Shown here in pieces: positions 19,884 to 29,693 of a stretch of DNA of 64,000 nt. This DNA comes from an uncultured Collinsella sp. Its GTDB lineage: Bacteria; Actinomycetota; Coriobacteriia; Coriobacteriales; Coriobacteriaceae. Position numbers and translations under genes: made by a program. The stretch is taken from the NCBI GenBank assembly GCA_900758375.1, contig CAAERJ010000009.1, positions 9,375 through 73,374 on the forward strand. Direction: 5' to 3'. The notes under the pieces are model-generated. The model was not told the origin of the DNA. It was given only the letters and a program-made list of their open reading frames with translations, and made no database searches. Numbering within the stretch: position 1 is the stretch's first letter; every line of letters starts with the position of its first letter.

Positions 19884-20741
19884 ATGGCACTTGTTACCAC
19901 CGAAAAGATGCTCAAGGACGCTCAGGCCGGCCACTACGCCGTCGGTGCGTTCAACGTCGAGAACCTCGAGTTTGTTATGGCCGTTCTGGCCGCTGCCGAG
20001 GAGACCAAGTCCCCCGTCATCATGCAGACCACCCCGGGCACCATCAAGACCGCCGGTCTGGACTACTTCTACGGCATGGTCAAGGCTGCCGCCGAGCGCG
20101 CTTCCGTGCCCGTCGCTCTGCACCTCGATCACGGCGATGGCTATGACCGCTGCATGCAGGCTTTCCGCACTGGCTACACCTCTGTCATGATTGACGGTTC
20201 GCACGAGTCTTTCGAGGACAACATCGCTCTGACCAAGTCCGTCGCCGACGCTGGCCGCGCCATGGGCGTGCCCGTCGAGGCTGAGCTCGGTAAGGTTGGC
20301 GGCAAGGAGGACGACGGTCCCGCGGTTGAGGGCGAGAGCCCCTACACCGATCCGGCCGAGGCCAAGGAGTTCGTCGAGCGTACCGGCTGCACCTCCCTCG
20401 CAATTGGCGTTGGCACCAGCCACGGTGTGTACACGAGCGATCCGCACATCGAGCAGTCCGTGGTCAAGGCCATCCGCGACGCCGTCGACGTGCCGCTGGT
20501 CCTGCACGGCACCTCCGGTGTGCCCGATGAGCAGGTTGCCGAGGCTGTGAAGAACGGCATCTGCAAGGTTAATTACGCCACCGAGCTGCGTCAGGCCTAC
20601 ACCAAGGGCTTCATGGCCTACATGGCCGAGAACCCCGCCTGCTTCGATCCCAAGAAGCCGGCCAAGGAGGGCATGCGTGAGATCACCGAGCTGGTTAAGA
20701 TCCGCATGACCAACCTCAACTCTGTGGGCAAAGCAGAGTAA
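19884..20741 (+). CDS. Class II aldolase (tagatose/fructose-1,6-bisphosphate aldolase, GatY/KbaY-like)
   Basis: YAVGAFN, LHLDHG, SVMIDGS, VEAELGKVGGKED, IGVGTSHG, LVLHGTSG and KVNYATEL; RBS GAGGAG. Confidence 0.9.
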   Translation: MALVTTEKMLKDAQAGHYAVGAFNVENLEFVMAVLAAAEETKSPVIMQTTPGTIKTAGLDYFYGMVKAAAERASVPVALHLDHGDGYDRCMQAFRTGYTSVMIDGSHESFEDNIALTKSVADAGRAMGVPVEAELGKVGGKEDDGPAVEGESPYTDPAEAKEFVERTGCTSLAIGVGTSHGVYTSDPHIEQSVVKAIRDAVDVPLVLHGTSGVPDEQVAEAVKNGICKVNYATELRQAYTKGFMAYMAENPACFDPKKPAKEGMREITELVKIRMTNLNSVGKAE

Positions 20742-20774
20742 CAGCAAGGGTACTCCGACTCGCTACATATCCCG

Positions 20775-20899
20775 GGGAGGGACGAGGGCTTAGTTCCCCA
20801 ATCGTCCTCGGGCATGCAAAAAGCCTCGCTGCGCACTTCGTGCGGCGAGGCTTTTTGCCCCCTGCGGAAAGATTGGGGAACTAAGCCCTCGTCCCTCCC
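20775..20899 (+). repeat. Structured intergenic element family 2, copy D
   Basis: 29-bp perfect outer stem enclosing GTCCTCG..CAT, an inner hairpin and CTGCGGAA; same core at 52865-52995 and 62493-62619. Confidence 0.88.
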
Positions 20900-20982
20900 A
20901 GGTTGACCTACTCGAGGTCGTCGCCCTTGTGGCGTTGGGGCGGAAATGGGTGGGGCGTCAGGGCTTCTTTGTTGATGAGGGG

Positions 20983-21192
20983 TTAGTATGCCCGGGCTTG
21001 GTTGGGGAATGACTTGTTTAGGGATGCTTGGAGTTTTTCGAACGATGCTCGCAAGTTAAGATTCTGATCGGTTGAGCGTTTGGGTTTTGAGGTTGGGGAG
21101 TCGAAGAGGCCGTTTCTCTGTGTCGGGGGGAAGGAGAAAAGGTCTGCATGTGTTAGGGATGGCTGCTGTGCTGCGTCATTGGAAGAATGCAT
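20983..21192 (-). CDS. Possible small hypothetical protein (69 aa)
   Basis: ATG preceded by AGGAGG about 10 nt upstream; no recognisable family; atypical composition. Confidence 0.3.
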   Translation of the reverse strand: MHSSNDAAQQPSLTHADLFSFPPTQRNGLFDSPTSKPKRSTDQNLNLRASFEKLQASLNKSFPNQARAY

Positions 21193-21446
21193 GCTTATGC
21201 GGCCTCCTCGATGTCCACCAAAAGGTTGCGCACGGGGTGTGCTGCTAGGTCCCGTGCGTTGGCAGTATTATGCCGCGGCTGCTGCAAAGAAGTGCTAAAG
21301 AAAGGCTTAATGAGGTTTGACGTTGCGATGAAACCGCAGGTAAAAGCTATCGAGTAACACTCTTGAAAGGTTTTGAGCTTAAGGGCTTTCTAAGGTTTGT
21401 GGCGCGGATGTGGCTTGCCTGTGTGGGGCGTGTGGACGGCTCGTTC

Positions 21447-22436
21447 CTAGCGCTGCGGTGCGGCGGCGCGTACTTGTTCGATGACCTTTTCCATCGTGGC
21501 GTCGATGTGGTCTTTTTTGAGCTCGCATTCCCAGATGGTTATGGGCGTCCAGCCCATTTGAGTGAGTGCTGCCACGGCGGCTCGGTCGCGCTCGACGTTG
21601 CGGCGGAACTTTGCTTCCCAAAAGTCAACATTGCGCTTGGGCTGGCTAGGGTTGCACTTGGGGCAGCGGTGCCAAAAGCAGCCGTTGACGAAGATGGCGA
21701 TCTTGCGCCCGGGGAAGGCGATGTCGGGTTTTCCGGGCACCTTCCATTCCAGACGGTATCCCGTAAGGCCTGCGGCGCGCAGGCGCTGGCGAACGAGCAG
21801 CTCGGGTTTGGTGTTCGCACGCTTGTTGCCCTTCATGGATTTTTTGATGGCGGCGCGACGGCGCACGAGCTCACGCTCGTCGGCGGAGAGGTCCGAGGTG
21901 TCGATGCCGTCCAGCAGGCCGGGCTTGGGGCGCTTTTTGCTGCGGCGCTTAGGTGCGCGCTTGGGCTTGGCGACGGGGCGTTCGGTCGTGGCGGCCTCGG
22001 CATCTTTGGCAGTGCTGTTGACCTTAAGCCGATCTTCCTTCAACTCAATCAGGGCATCAATGAGCCCCTTGTCGGCGGGCATCCACTCAACGGTGGCAAG
22101 CGAGGTGCGCGGAATCCAACGGATATCGAGCTGACGGTCGTGCTTCTGGGGTTCATCGGATTCATCGGCGAGCGAGCAGTAGTAGCATTCCATGGAGAGA
22201 TGAAAATCGGGGTAGTCATACTCAACGGTATAGAAATCGCGCAGGTTGGTGACTTTTACCTGCAGCTCTTCCATGAGCTCGCGGCGTACGGCGTCTTCGG
22301 GCGTCTCGCCGCGCATGAGCTTGCCACCTGGGAACTCCCAAAGTCCCTGCATGTCGCCATAGCCGCGCTGTACGGCCAGTAGCTCGTCGGATCCTTCCTT
22401 GCGAATGATCCCAGCGGCAACATGAACAGTCTTCAA
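21447..22436 (-). CDS. NUDIX (MutT-like) hydrolase fused to Vsr very-short-patch-repair endonuclease
   Basis: Nudix box WEFPGGKLMRGETPEDAVRRELMEEL, basic linker, then Vsr motifs MKGNKRANTKPEL, PGKPDIAF, AIFVNGCFWHRCPKC, FWEAKFRRNVERD, GWTPITIWEC; TTG start at 22436 after GAGAGGA (329 aa). Confidence 0.85.
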   Translation of the reverse strand: MKTVHVAAGIIRKEGSDELLAVQRGYGDMQGLWEFPGGKLMRGETPEDAVRRELMEELQVKVTNLRDFYTVEYDYPDFHLSMECYYCSLADESDEPQKHDRQLDIRWIPRTSLATVEWMPADKGLIDALIELKEDRLKVNSTAKDAEAATTERPVAKPKRAPKRRSKKRPKPGLLDGIDTSDLSADERELVRRRAAIKKSMKGNKRANTKPELLVRQRLRAAGLTGYRLEWKVPGKPDIAFPGRKIAIFVNGCFWHRCPKCNPSQPKRNVDFWEAKFRRNVERDRAAVAALTQMGWTPITIWECELKKDHIDATMEKVIEQVRAAAPQR

Positions 22437-22483
22437 CAGGAGTCCTCTCTCAACATCAACACGTGACAGGCTAACTACCCGCA

Positions 22484-22501
22484 CCTTACACAACGGTAAG
22501 G
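22484..22501. promoter_or_regulatory. BceR/OmpR-type response regulator box
   Basis: CCTTACA-CAAC-GGTAAGG resembles the TNACA-N4-TGTAA box found upstream of BceAB-type transporters. Confidence 0.5.
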
Positions 22502-22584
22502 CAAGCGTAAGCCATATCGATGGTAGCCGACTCGGCTTCTTGCGACTATAGATGCCGTAGACTAATCGCAAGAAAGGACTCGGT

Positions 22585-23370
22585 ATGCAAACCACGCACA
22601 TGGCGACCCCGGTATTGGAGGTCGCGCATCTCGAAAAGGTATATGGAGCGCTGGGCAACGTGACCCGTGCGCTCAACGACGTCAGCTTTACCGTCAACCG
22701 CGGTGAATTCGTTGGCATCATGGGCGCTTCGGGCTCGGGCAAGTCGACGTTGCTCAACTGCGTGTCGACCATCGATAGCGCCACGAGCGGCACCATCCGC
22801 ATCAACGGCCAGGACGTAACACGCATGAAGCAGGCTAAGCTTTCGCAGTTCCGCCGCGAGGAGCTCGGCTTTATCTTCCAGGATTCCAACCTGCTCGATA
22901 CACTCACGGCACGCGAGAACATCGCCCTGCCGCTCACCATCGCCCGCACAAACTCGGCAGAGATCTCGACCCGCGTGCAGGATGTGGCAGCGCGCCTGTC
23001 CATCAGCCAGGTGCTCGACAAGTATCCCTACCAGATGTCCGGCGGCCAGCAGCAGCGCGTTGCCGCGGCTCGCGCGCTCGTCACCGACCCCACCATGATC
23101 ATGGCCGACGAGCCCACCGGCGCCCTCGATTCCAAGAGCGCCCGTTTGCTGCTCGAGAGCCTGGAGGCTCTTAATCGCCGTCTACGCGCCACCGTGCTCA
23201 TGGTCACGCACGACAGCTTTGCCGCCAGCTACACGAGCCGTGTGCTGTTTATTCGCGACGGCAAGATCTTCACCGAGCTGCGCCGCGGCGACACCGACCG
23301 CCGAGAGTTCTTCGACCGCATTATGGAGGTCGTTGCCATGATGGGCGGTGAGGGCTCCGATGCTCTGTAA
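22585..23370 (+). CDS. ABC transporter ATP-binding protein (BceA-like)
   Basis: Walker [34 protein letters not shown]. Confidence 0.93.
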   Translation: MQTTHMATPVLEVAHLEKVYGALGNVTRALNDVSFTVNRGEFVGIMGASGSGKSTLLNCVSTIDSATSGTIRINGQDVTRMKQAKLSQFRREELGFIFQDSNLLDTLTARENIALPLTIARTNSAEISTRVQDVAARLSISQVLDKYPYQMSGGQQQRVAAARALVTDPTMIMADEPTGALDSKSARLLLESLEALNRRLRATVLMVTHDSFAASYTSRVLFIRDGKIFTELRRGDTDRREFFDRIMEVVAMMGGEGSDAL

Positions 23371-25564
23371 ACTCGCTTGGGGCAACGTCCGCCGCGCCGG
23401 CCGCGACTACCTCGTCTACCTTTTGACGCTCACCCTGGGCGTCACGGTCTTCTATGCTTTTAACACCATCTCGATGCAGGTCGACATCGCCGGAATCGAT
23501 GAAGAGGGCTTGGCGCAGGTTATGGGCAGCATGCTCGGCGACCTGACGTACTTTTTGGCCGGTGTCATGGCCTTTTTGATGGTGTACGCCAATAACTTCA
23601 TCATGAAACGCCGAAAGAAGGAGTTTGGCCTGTACCAGGTGCTCGGCATGGGGCGAGGGCGCGTCGCCACGATCATGGCGCTCGAGACCGTGATAGTGTC
23701 GGTCGTGGCCTTTGTCGCCGGCATTGTGCTGGGTGTGGGACTCTCCCAGCTCATGACGTTCTTTACGGCCTCGCTTTTTAAGACACAGATCGCCAATTTC
23801 CACTTCTTTTTCTCGGTGCATGCGTTCAATCTGACCCTTGCCTGCATGCTCGTAATGTTTGTGCTCACGCTACTGCTGAACCTTCGCGCCGTGCGTCGTA
23901 CCAAACTCATCGAGCTTATGGGTGCCGAGCGTCGCAACGAGAGCATCAAGACACGCAACCCCTGGATCGCGATTGCCATCTTTGCCGTGGGCGTGGTGCT
24001 TGTGGGCGTGGCCTATTACCGTCTGCTACGTGATGGGTTCCCGCTAACCGCGACGGACAGCAAGCTGCAAGAGGCCATGAACCAGTTTGGTATTACGACC
24101 GCTATGGTTACCGTGGGCACCTTTGCCCTGTTCTGGGGACTCTCGGGCATGCTCATCAAGCTGCTGCAGAGCCTGCGCGGCGTGTATTGGCGCGGCCTCA
24201 ACATGTTTACCGTGCGCCAGCTTGCGGCCAAGGTCAACACGGTGTGCTTTTCGATGGGCGTCATCGCGATGCTCCTGTTTTTGGCCATCACCTCGGTGAC
24301 GTGCGGTATGTCAATTGCCAACGTGATGAACGAAAACCTGGAGCGCTATAACCCTGTTGATGTGTCTCAGACGTATGTCTATTACACGCCCGATACGTTC
24401 GACTACTACAAAGAGTACGTCAATCCGTCTGATGAAGCCGATCGTATGGTGCTGGCCGATACAACGGTCGATTTGTACCCCGCATGGCACGGTAAGGACA
24501 AGTCGGCGGGCAACAACGACGAGACCGGCAAGAAGGTCAATATCGCCGATGTTGCCGGTGAGCATGTGCAGATCGATTCGTATCTGAGTTACCCGGTTGG
24601 CGGCTCGAATCCTTCGGTGACCCCAAGTGAGATGTGCAAGATCATGGGCGAAAAGCTTCCCAAGGCGTTCGGGGGTAGCAATGCCGATACGATGGGTCTG
24701 TTTGTGACGCCGGCGAGCCAGTACAACAAACTGCGTCAGATGATGGGCGAGGAGCCGGTGCACATCGGTCACGACCAGTATCTGCTCACATGTGATATGG
24801 GCGGCGAACTGGTCGACCTGTACACCAAGTATATGGCTGGCGGCCATGCCCTTACCTTGGGCGGGCATACGCTCAAGCCCGCAACCGATAAGTCGGACGA
24901 AGATACGGCGGCCATCGCCAACTCGGCGATGGGCAGTAATCCGGGTACCGTCGTCGTTGCCGACGAGCTGTTGTCCCAGCTTAATCTGCAGCCGTATTCC
25001 AGTAGCCTGCTCGTTAACTACAAACAGGGGATAGATACGACCGAGGCAGACGAGAGCATTAAATACACTCTGCTCGACAATCTGCTCGTTGACGGCAAAG
25101 AGCCGGGGTTGTGGGGAACCTTCATCACACGCTCCGAGATGTATACGCAGGCGGCGCATATGAACGGCATGATTAGCTATCTGGCCATCTACATTGGCTT
25201 TGTACTGGTCGTTGCGTGCGCGGCGATACTGTCGATCCAGCAGCTCTCCAATGTGGCCGACGGCGGCCGCAGCTATCGTGTGCTGGCACAGATCGGCTGT
25301 GACGACCGCCAGATTCGTCATTCGGTGATGGCGCAGCAAGCGGTGTTCTTCCTGTTCCCGCTGGCAGTGGGCCTGGCGCACTCCTTTGTGGCACTTAAGG
25401 TGATCATCGAGATGGTGAGCACGTTCGGAGATATGAGCATCGGCGGCACCGTGGGCCTCACCTGTGCGATCTTCCTGGCGGCCTACGGCGGCTACTTCCT
25501 GGTGACGTACCTCATGAGCGCCGGCATGGTACAAGCTGCCATAGCCACCCTCTACAGCGAGTAA
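23360..25564 (+). CDS. ABC transporter permease (BceB/FtsX-like)
   Basis: [14 protein letters not shown] and KRRKKEFGLYQVLGM motifs, about 10 TM segments with a large extracellular loop; overlaps the ATPase stop. Confidence 0.9.
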   Translation: MLCKLAWGNVRRAGRDYLVYLLTLTLGVTVFYAFNTISMQVDIAGIDEEGLAQVMGSMLGDLTYFLAGVMAFLMVYANNFIMKRRKKEFGLYQVLGMGRGRVATIMALETVIVSVVAFVAGIVLGVGLSQLMTFFTASLFKTQIANFHFFFSVHAFNLTLACMLVMFVLTLLLNLRAVRRTKLIELMGAERRNESIKTRNPWIAIAIFAVGVVLVGVAYYRLLRDGFPLTATDSKLQEAMNQFGITTAMVTVGTFALFWGLSGMLIKLLQSLRGVYWRGLNMFTVRQLAAKVNTVCFSMGVIAMLLFLAITSVTCGMSIANVMNENLERYNPVDVSQTYVYYTPDTFDYYKEYVNPSDEADRMVLADTTVDLYPAWHGKDKSAGNNDETGKKVNIADVAGEHVQIDSYLSYPVGGSNPSVTPSEMCKIMGEKLPKAFGGSNADTMGLFVTPASQYNKLRQMMGEEPVHIGHDQYLLTCDMGGELVDLYTKYMAGGHALTLGGHTLKPATDKSDEDTAAIANSAMGSNPGTVVVADELLSQLNLQPYSSSLLVNYKQGIDTTEADESIKYTLLDNLLVDGKEPGLWGTFITRSEMYTQAAHMNGMISYLAIYIGFVLVVACAAILSIQQLSNVADGGRSYRVLAQIGCDDRQIRHSVMAQQAVFFLFPLAVGLAHSFVALKVIIEMVSTFGDMSIGGTVGLTCAIFLAAYGGYFLVTYLMSAGMVQAAIATLYSE

Positions 25565-25600
25565 CTCGTTCAGCTTGGAATTATCGTAGGTTGAGCATAA

Positions 25601-25748
25601 GTCAGCGAAAGCGCCCCTAGGCGAGCAAGGTGACGTTTAAGAGGAGGGAAGCGTACTTTGGGTACGCGACCGACGATTGAACGTCAGATTGCCGCTTAGG
25701 GGCGCTTGCAGCGTCGAGCCGTTACGCGGTTTGGTAAAACCGCGTAAC
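25601..25748 (-). repeat. Structured intergenic element family 1, copy B
   Basis: Reverse complement aligns end to end with 12859-13005. Confidence 0.9.
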
Positions 25749-25749
25749 T

Positions 25750-26715
25750 TCATCGCTTCCAGAAGTGGAGGATGAGCGTGGTGCGATTTTGCTGCTCGGT
25801 TTTGACCAGGATGTTGTGGATGTGGGTCTTGACGGTGCCCACAGCAAGGAAGAGTTCGTCAGCGATCTCTTGGTTCGACTTGCCCAGTACGACCAGACGC
25901 ATAACCTCGGTCTCGCGGTTGGAGAGCTTGTAGGCGTTGCGATAGAAGGGCATCTGCTCTTCGATGTGTCGATCAAGATCGCTGACGTTCTTTTCCTCGG
26001 GCGCCTCCTGCATGCGGATTGAAAGCACGTGGTAGGAGTAGATAATCAACAGAATCGCAAAGTAGCACGCAAAGAAGTTCTCGCTAAAGTTGCGCTCGGA
26101 CAGATATAGCTGCAGCCAAGAGGGTGCCAGACTCATGGGGATGACCAGGATGTTGTAGAAATCCTCGGCAACGATGCAACCGACCAGAATAGCGCCGATA
26201 ATCAGGTGCTTTCGCTGGTTGTTGACGCGTGCCTTCAGCTCAACCTTTGTACTCTTATGAGCCGTCCATAAGATATACAGTCCCACAAAGACAAGGAATG
26301 CCTGGCGTATCGTGTAGTAGATCCACTGACGCATGGGGCCGGAGGGGACTGCGACGATAGCCAGCGACTCGCACAGCAAAAACGTTAAGACGGGGATAGC
26401 GAACTGCTTTTTAGAATGCTTATCGAGCAAGTCCATGGCAATCAGCCAAATAAAAGCCTGTGAAGCGGTCGCCACAAGGGTCCGCAACACAGGCATGGTA
26501 ATTGAGTAATAGTCGCTGGCCGGAAAACTCTCGTTTTGCAACGTGTATTCAAAAAAGAAGATCTCAGTCATTTCGATGGCGTAGCAAATAAAAACGCCAC
26601 TGCCATAGATAAAGAAGCGTCGACGGGACGAGGCATAGGCGGCAAGCGAAAGCACTGCCGTCACAATGCAGATTACGAGTATCGCTTGGGTATAGAAGAA
26701 CATGAGTGTGTCCAT
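25750..26715 (-). CDS. Membrane-anchored LuxR family regulator (AguR-like)
   Basis: About 7 hydrophobic helices followed by LuxR HTH LSNRETEV...GKSNQEIADELFLAVGTVKTHIHNI; divergent from the agmatine operon. Confidence 0.85.
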   Translation of the reverse strand: MDTLMFFYTQAILVICIVTAVLSLAAYASSRRRFFIYGSGVFICYAIEMTEIFFFEYTLQNESFPASDYYSITMPVLRTLVATASQAFIWLIAMDLLDKHSKKQFAIPVLTFLLCESLAIVAVPSGPMRQWIYYTIRQAFLVFVGLYILWTAHKSTKVELKARVNNQRKHLIIGAILVGCIVAEDFYNILVIPMSLAPSWLQLYLSERNFSENFFACYFAILLIIYSYHVLSIRMQEAPEEKNVSDLDRHIEEQMPFYRNAYKLSNRETEVMRLVVLGKSNQEIADELFLAVGTVKTHIHNILVKTEQQNRTTLILHFWKR

Positions 26716-27046
26716 CTGTCACCGTCCTGTCTCATTTTGATCCCTTATGGAGCCCGCTATATCCCCCGGGTATACATGCCTCCGCCGGTCGTTCCATTGC
26801 GGATTAAACGCCAAGATACAGCATAGCCGTATACCGTTCGCGGTTCCAGACGGTAAACCCCCTGTAAACTCTTGACCTGCGGGTTTATATTGGATTAGAG
26901 AGGGTGTAACTCCGTGAACGGTCTTTAATCCCGAATAAACTAGGTAAAAATTGCATACGGGTGAATGATGGTCTTGTCAACACGAGGCGTGATGTTCGAG
27001 CGCCTCATAGTTAATAGTCGGCAAGACCGGCGGAAAGGAAATCGAT

Positions 27047-28120
27047 ATGGCACTGCCTAAGGATTTCATCGACACCAACGACTTCACCAAAGAGCAGATC
27101 CTGGCTATCGAGGATCTTGGCCTGGCAATGAAGAAGGCCATCAAGGTTGACGGTTATTATCCGCACCTGCTCCGTAACAAGAGCCTTGGCATGATCTTCC
27201 AGCAGGTCTCCACCCGCACCCGTCTTTCCTTCGAGACTGCTATGACCGACCTCGGCGGCCATGCTCAGTTCTATGGCCCTGGCACCATCCAGCTCGGCGG
27301 TCACGAGTCCCTGGGCGACACCGCTCGCGTTATGGGCTCGCTGCTCGATATCATGATGGCTCGCGTTGACCGTCACAAGGACGTCGTCGGCCTCGCCGAG
27401 GGCTCCGCTGTGCCCGTCATCAACGGCATGTCCGAGTTCAACCATCCCACGCAGGAGATGGGCGACCTCATGACCATGCTCGAGAACCTCCCCGAGGGCA
27501 AGAAGATCGAGGACTGCACCCTGGCCTTCATCGGCGACGCCACCCAGGTCTGCGTCTCCCTCATGTTCATCGCCTCCAAGGTCGGCATGAAGTTTGTCCA
27601 GTTTGGACCTAAGGGCCACCAGATTCCCGACGGCGGCCTGCACGTTGGCACCGTCGAGGAGCGCGCCGAGTTCGGCAAGCAGATGATGGCCATCGCCGAG
27701 GAGAACTGCAAGGTCTCCGGCGGCTCGGTTGTCATTTCCGACGACATCGAGTGCATCAAGGGCGCCGACTTCATCTACACCGACGTGTGGTATGGCCTGT
27801 ACGACGAGGAGGTCTCGGGCGAGAACTACATGGACGTGTTCTATCCCAAGTATCAGGTCACCATGGACATGATGAACTTCGCCGGCCCGAACTCCAAGTT
27901 CATGCACTGCCTGCCGGCCACCCGCAATGAGGAGGTCGTCGACGAGGTCATGGACGATCCCGAGCGCTCCCTGTGCTGGGTCGAGGCCGAGAACCGCAAG
28001 CACTCCATCCGTGCTCTTCTTGCCGCCCTGGGCAAGCGCACTCCGCTCAACGACGAGGGTGTCGAGTACTCCGCCAAGGCTGAGCTCCACGCCGCTCTCG
28101 AGGCTCTCGAGCAGCTCTAA
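27047..28120 (+). CDS. ptcA: Putrescine carbamoyltransferase
   Basis: Carbamoyltransferase motifs STRTR, HPTQ and HCLP plus the PTC-type loop DVWYGLY; adjacent to agmatine deiminase. Confidence 0.9.
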   Translation: MALPKDFIDTNDFTKEQILAIEDLGLAMKKAIKVDGYYPHLLRNKSLGMIFQQVSTRTRLSFETAMTDLGGHAQFYGPGTIQLGGHESLGDTARVMGSLLDIMMARVDRHKDVVGLAEGSAVPVINGMSEFNHPTQEMGDLMTMLENLPEGKKIEDCTLAFIGDATQVCVSLMFIASKVGMKFVQFGPKGHQIPDGGLHVGTVEERAEFGKQMMAIAEENCKVSGGSVVISDDIECIKGADFIYTDVWYGLYDEEVSGENYMDVFYPKYQVTMDMMNFAGPNSKFMHCLPATRNEEVVDEVMDDPERSLCWVEAENRKHSIRALLAALGKRTPLNDEGVEYSAKAELHAALEALEQL

Positions 28121-28253
28121 GCCTCAAGGCTTCTAAAAGCACGTTTGCGGGCGGCGGATGCTCGTCTCCTGCCGCCCGCTCACCGAGGCCCAAGCAATTG
28201 CCTTAATACCTTAGGGCCTCGGATCTGTCCAAGACTGAGCGAAGGAGCTCATC

Positions 28254-29693
28254 ATGAGTGACGGAAAGAAAAAGCTTTCCTTCCTGACGGTCATTTCGAC
28301 TATCATCTGCGTCGTCTTCGTTTGCGAGGCCGCCGCTCCTGCTGCTGCCATTGGCAACCAGCAGTTCTTCTGGTGGATCTTCCTGATCCTGACCTTCCTG
28401 CTCCCTTACGGCATGGTCGTCGCCGAGCTCGGCACCACCTATGACGGCGAGGGCGGCATTTACGACTGGGTACGCGATGGCCTGGGCGACAAGTGGGGCG
28501 CCCGCATTTCGTACTACTACTGGGTCAACTACCCGCTGTGGATCGCCTCGCTGGCAACCATGTTCCCCGACATCCTGGGCATGGTCTTCGGCGTCGAGTT
28601 CAACCTAATCGCCAAGATGGGCATCGAGCTTGCCTTCGTGTGGATCGTGTATCTCATGGGTCGCTCCAAGGCGGCCGACTCCGAGTGGGTCCTCAACGGT
28701 GGCGCTATCATCAAGGTCGCCGTTGCCGTTATCGTCGGCGCTCTGGGCATCTGGTATGCCATGGAGAACGGTTTTGCGAACGACATGTCCGCCGCCACCT
28801 TCCTGCCCGAGCTCACCAACACCAACGCTCTCGGCTACCTGTCCATCATCATCTTTAACTTCATGGGCTTCGAGGTCATCTGCACCATGACCGACGACAT
28901 GGCCGATCCCGCTCGCGATATTCCCAAGGCTATCATTGTCGGTGGCGTGGCTATTGCCGTCATCTACCTGTTCGCTGGCTTCGGCATCGGCGCCGCTGTG
29001 CCGGCCGACTCCATCGACCCCGACTACGGCATGATCGTCGCAGTCCAGACCATGGTGGGCGACTCCATGATCTTCAAGGTCATCTGCATCGCCTTCCTGA
29101 TTACCCTGTTCGCCAACATGGCTGCTTGGTCCTTCGGCGTCAACTCCGTCGCTCGCTATGCTGCTGAGCACGGCAACATGCCCAAGGTCTTCGCCTCGAT
29201 GATCTCCGAGGACGACATGCCCAACGGCGCCAACCTGGTCAACGCTGTCGTTGCCTCCCTGGTTCTCTGCCTGCAGCTCGTTCCCATCGACGCCATCTCC
29301 AACGGTGTCTTCTGGATGCTCTTCGGCACCTCCGTCGTCTTCCTGCTGCTCACCTACATCCCGATGTTCCCGGCATTCCTCAACCTTCGTAAGAACGACC
29401 CGAACCGTGAGCGCATCTTCACGTTCCCGTTTAAGGGCGCCATGATGAAGGTCATGCTGGCCATCCCCTGCATCGAGCTGGTTCTTGCCATCGTTGCAAC
29501 GCTGGTACCGTTCTCCGCCGCTGAAATTGGCGACAAGGTCCCGATGATCGTCATCTTCATCGTGCTCGTGCTCATCGGCGAGGTCGTCCGCGTCGTCAGC
29601 GCCAAGGGCCGCAAGGAAGAGTACAAGGGTCTGACCCCTGAGCTCGCAGCCCAGCGTCTCGCTGAGGAGGCCGCCGAGGCCGAGGAGAACTAG
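28254..29693 (+). CDS. aguD: APC family agmatine/putrescine antiporter (AguD-like)
   Basis: About 12 TM segments; VFVCEAAAPAAAIG, FLLPYGMVVAELG, NFMGFE; located between ptcA and aguA. Confidence 0.85.
   Translation: MSDGKKKLSFLTVISTIICVVFVCEAAAPAAAIGNQQFFWWIFLILTFLLPYGMVVAELGTTYDGEGGIYDWVRDGLGDKWGARISYYYWVNYPLWIASLATMFPDILGMVFGVEFNLIAKMGIELAFVWIVYLMGRSKAADSEWVLNGGAIIKVAVAVIVGALGIWYAMENGFANDMSAATFLPELTNTNALGYLSIIIFNFMGFEVICTMTDDMADPARDIPKAIIVGGVAIAVIYLFAGFGIGAAVPADSIDPDYGMIVAVQTMVGDSMIFKVICIAFLITLFANMAAWSFGVNSVARYAAEHGNMPKVFASMISEDDMPNGANLVNAVVASLVLCLQLVPIDAISNGVFWMLFGTSVVFLLLTYIPMFPAFLNLRKNDPNRERIFTFPFKGAMMKVMLAIPCIELVLAIVATLVPFSAAEIGDKVPMIVIFIVLVLIGEVVRVVSAKGRKEEYKGLTPELAAQRLAEEAAEAEEN

Noticed and set aside
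22437..23021. 195-aa N-terminal extension of the NUDIX-Vsr ORF in the ORF track
   Set aside because: It is largely antisense to the ABC ATPase gene; a TTG start with a good RBS at 22436 fits the NUDIX N-terminus.
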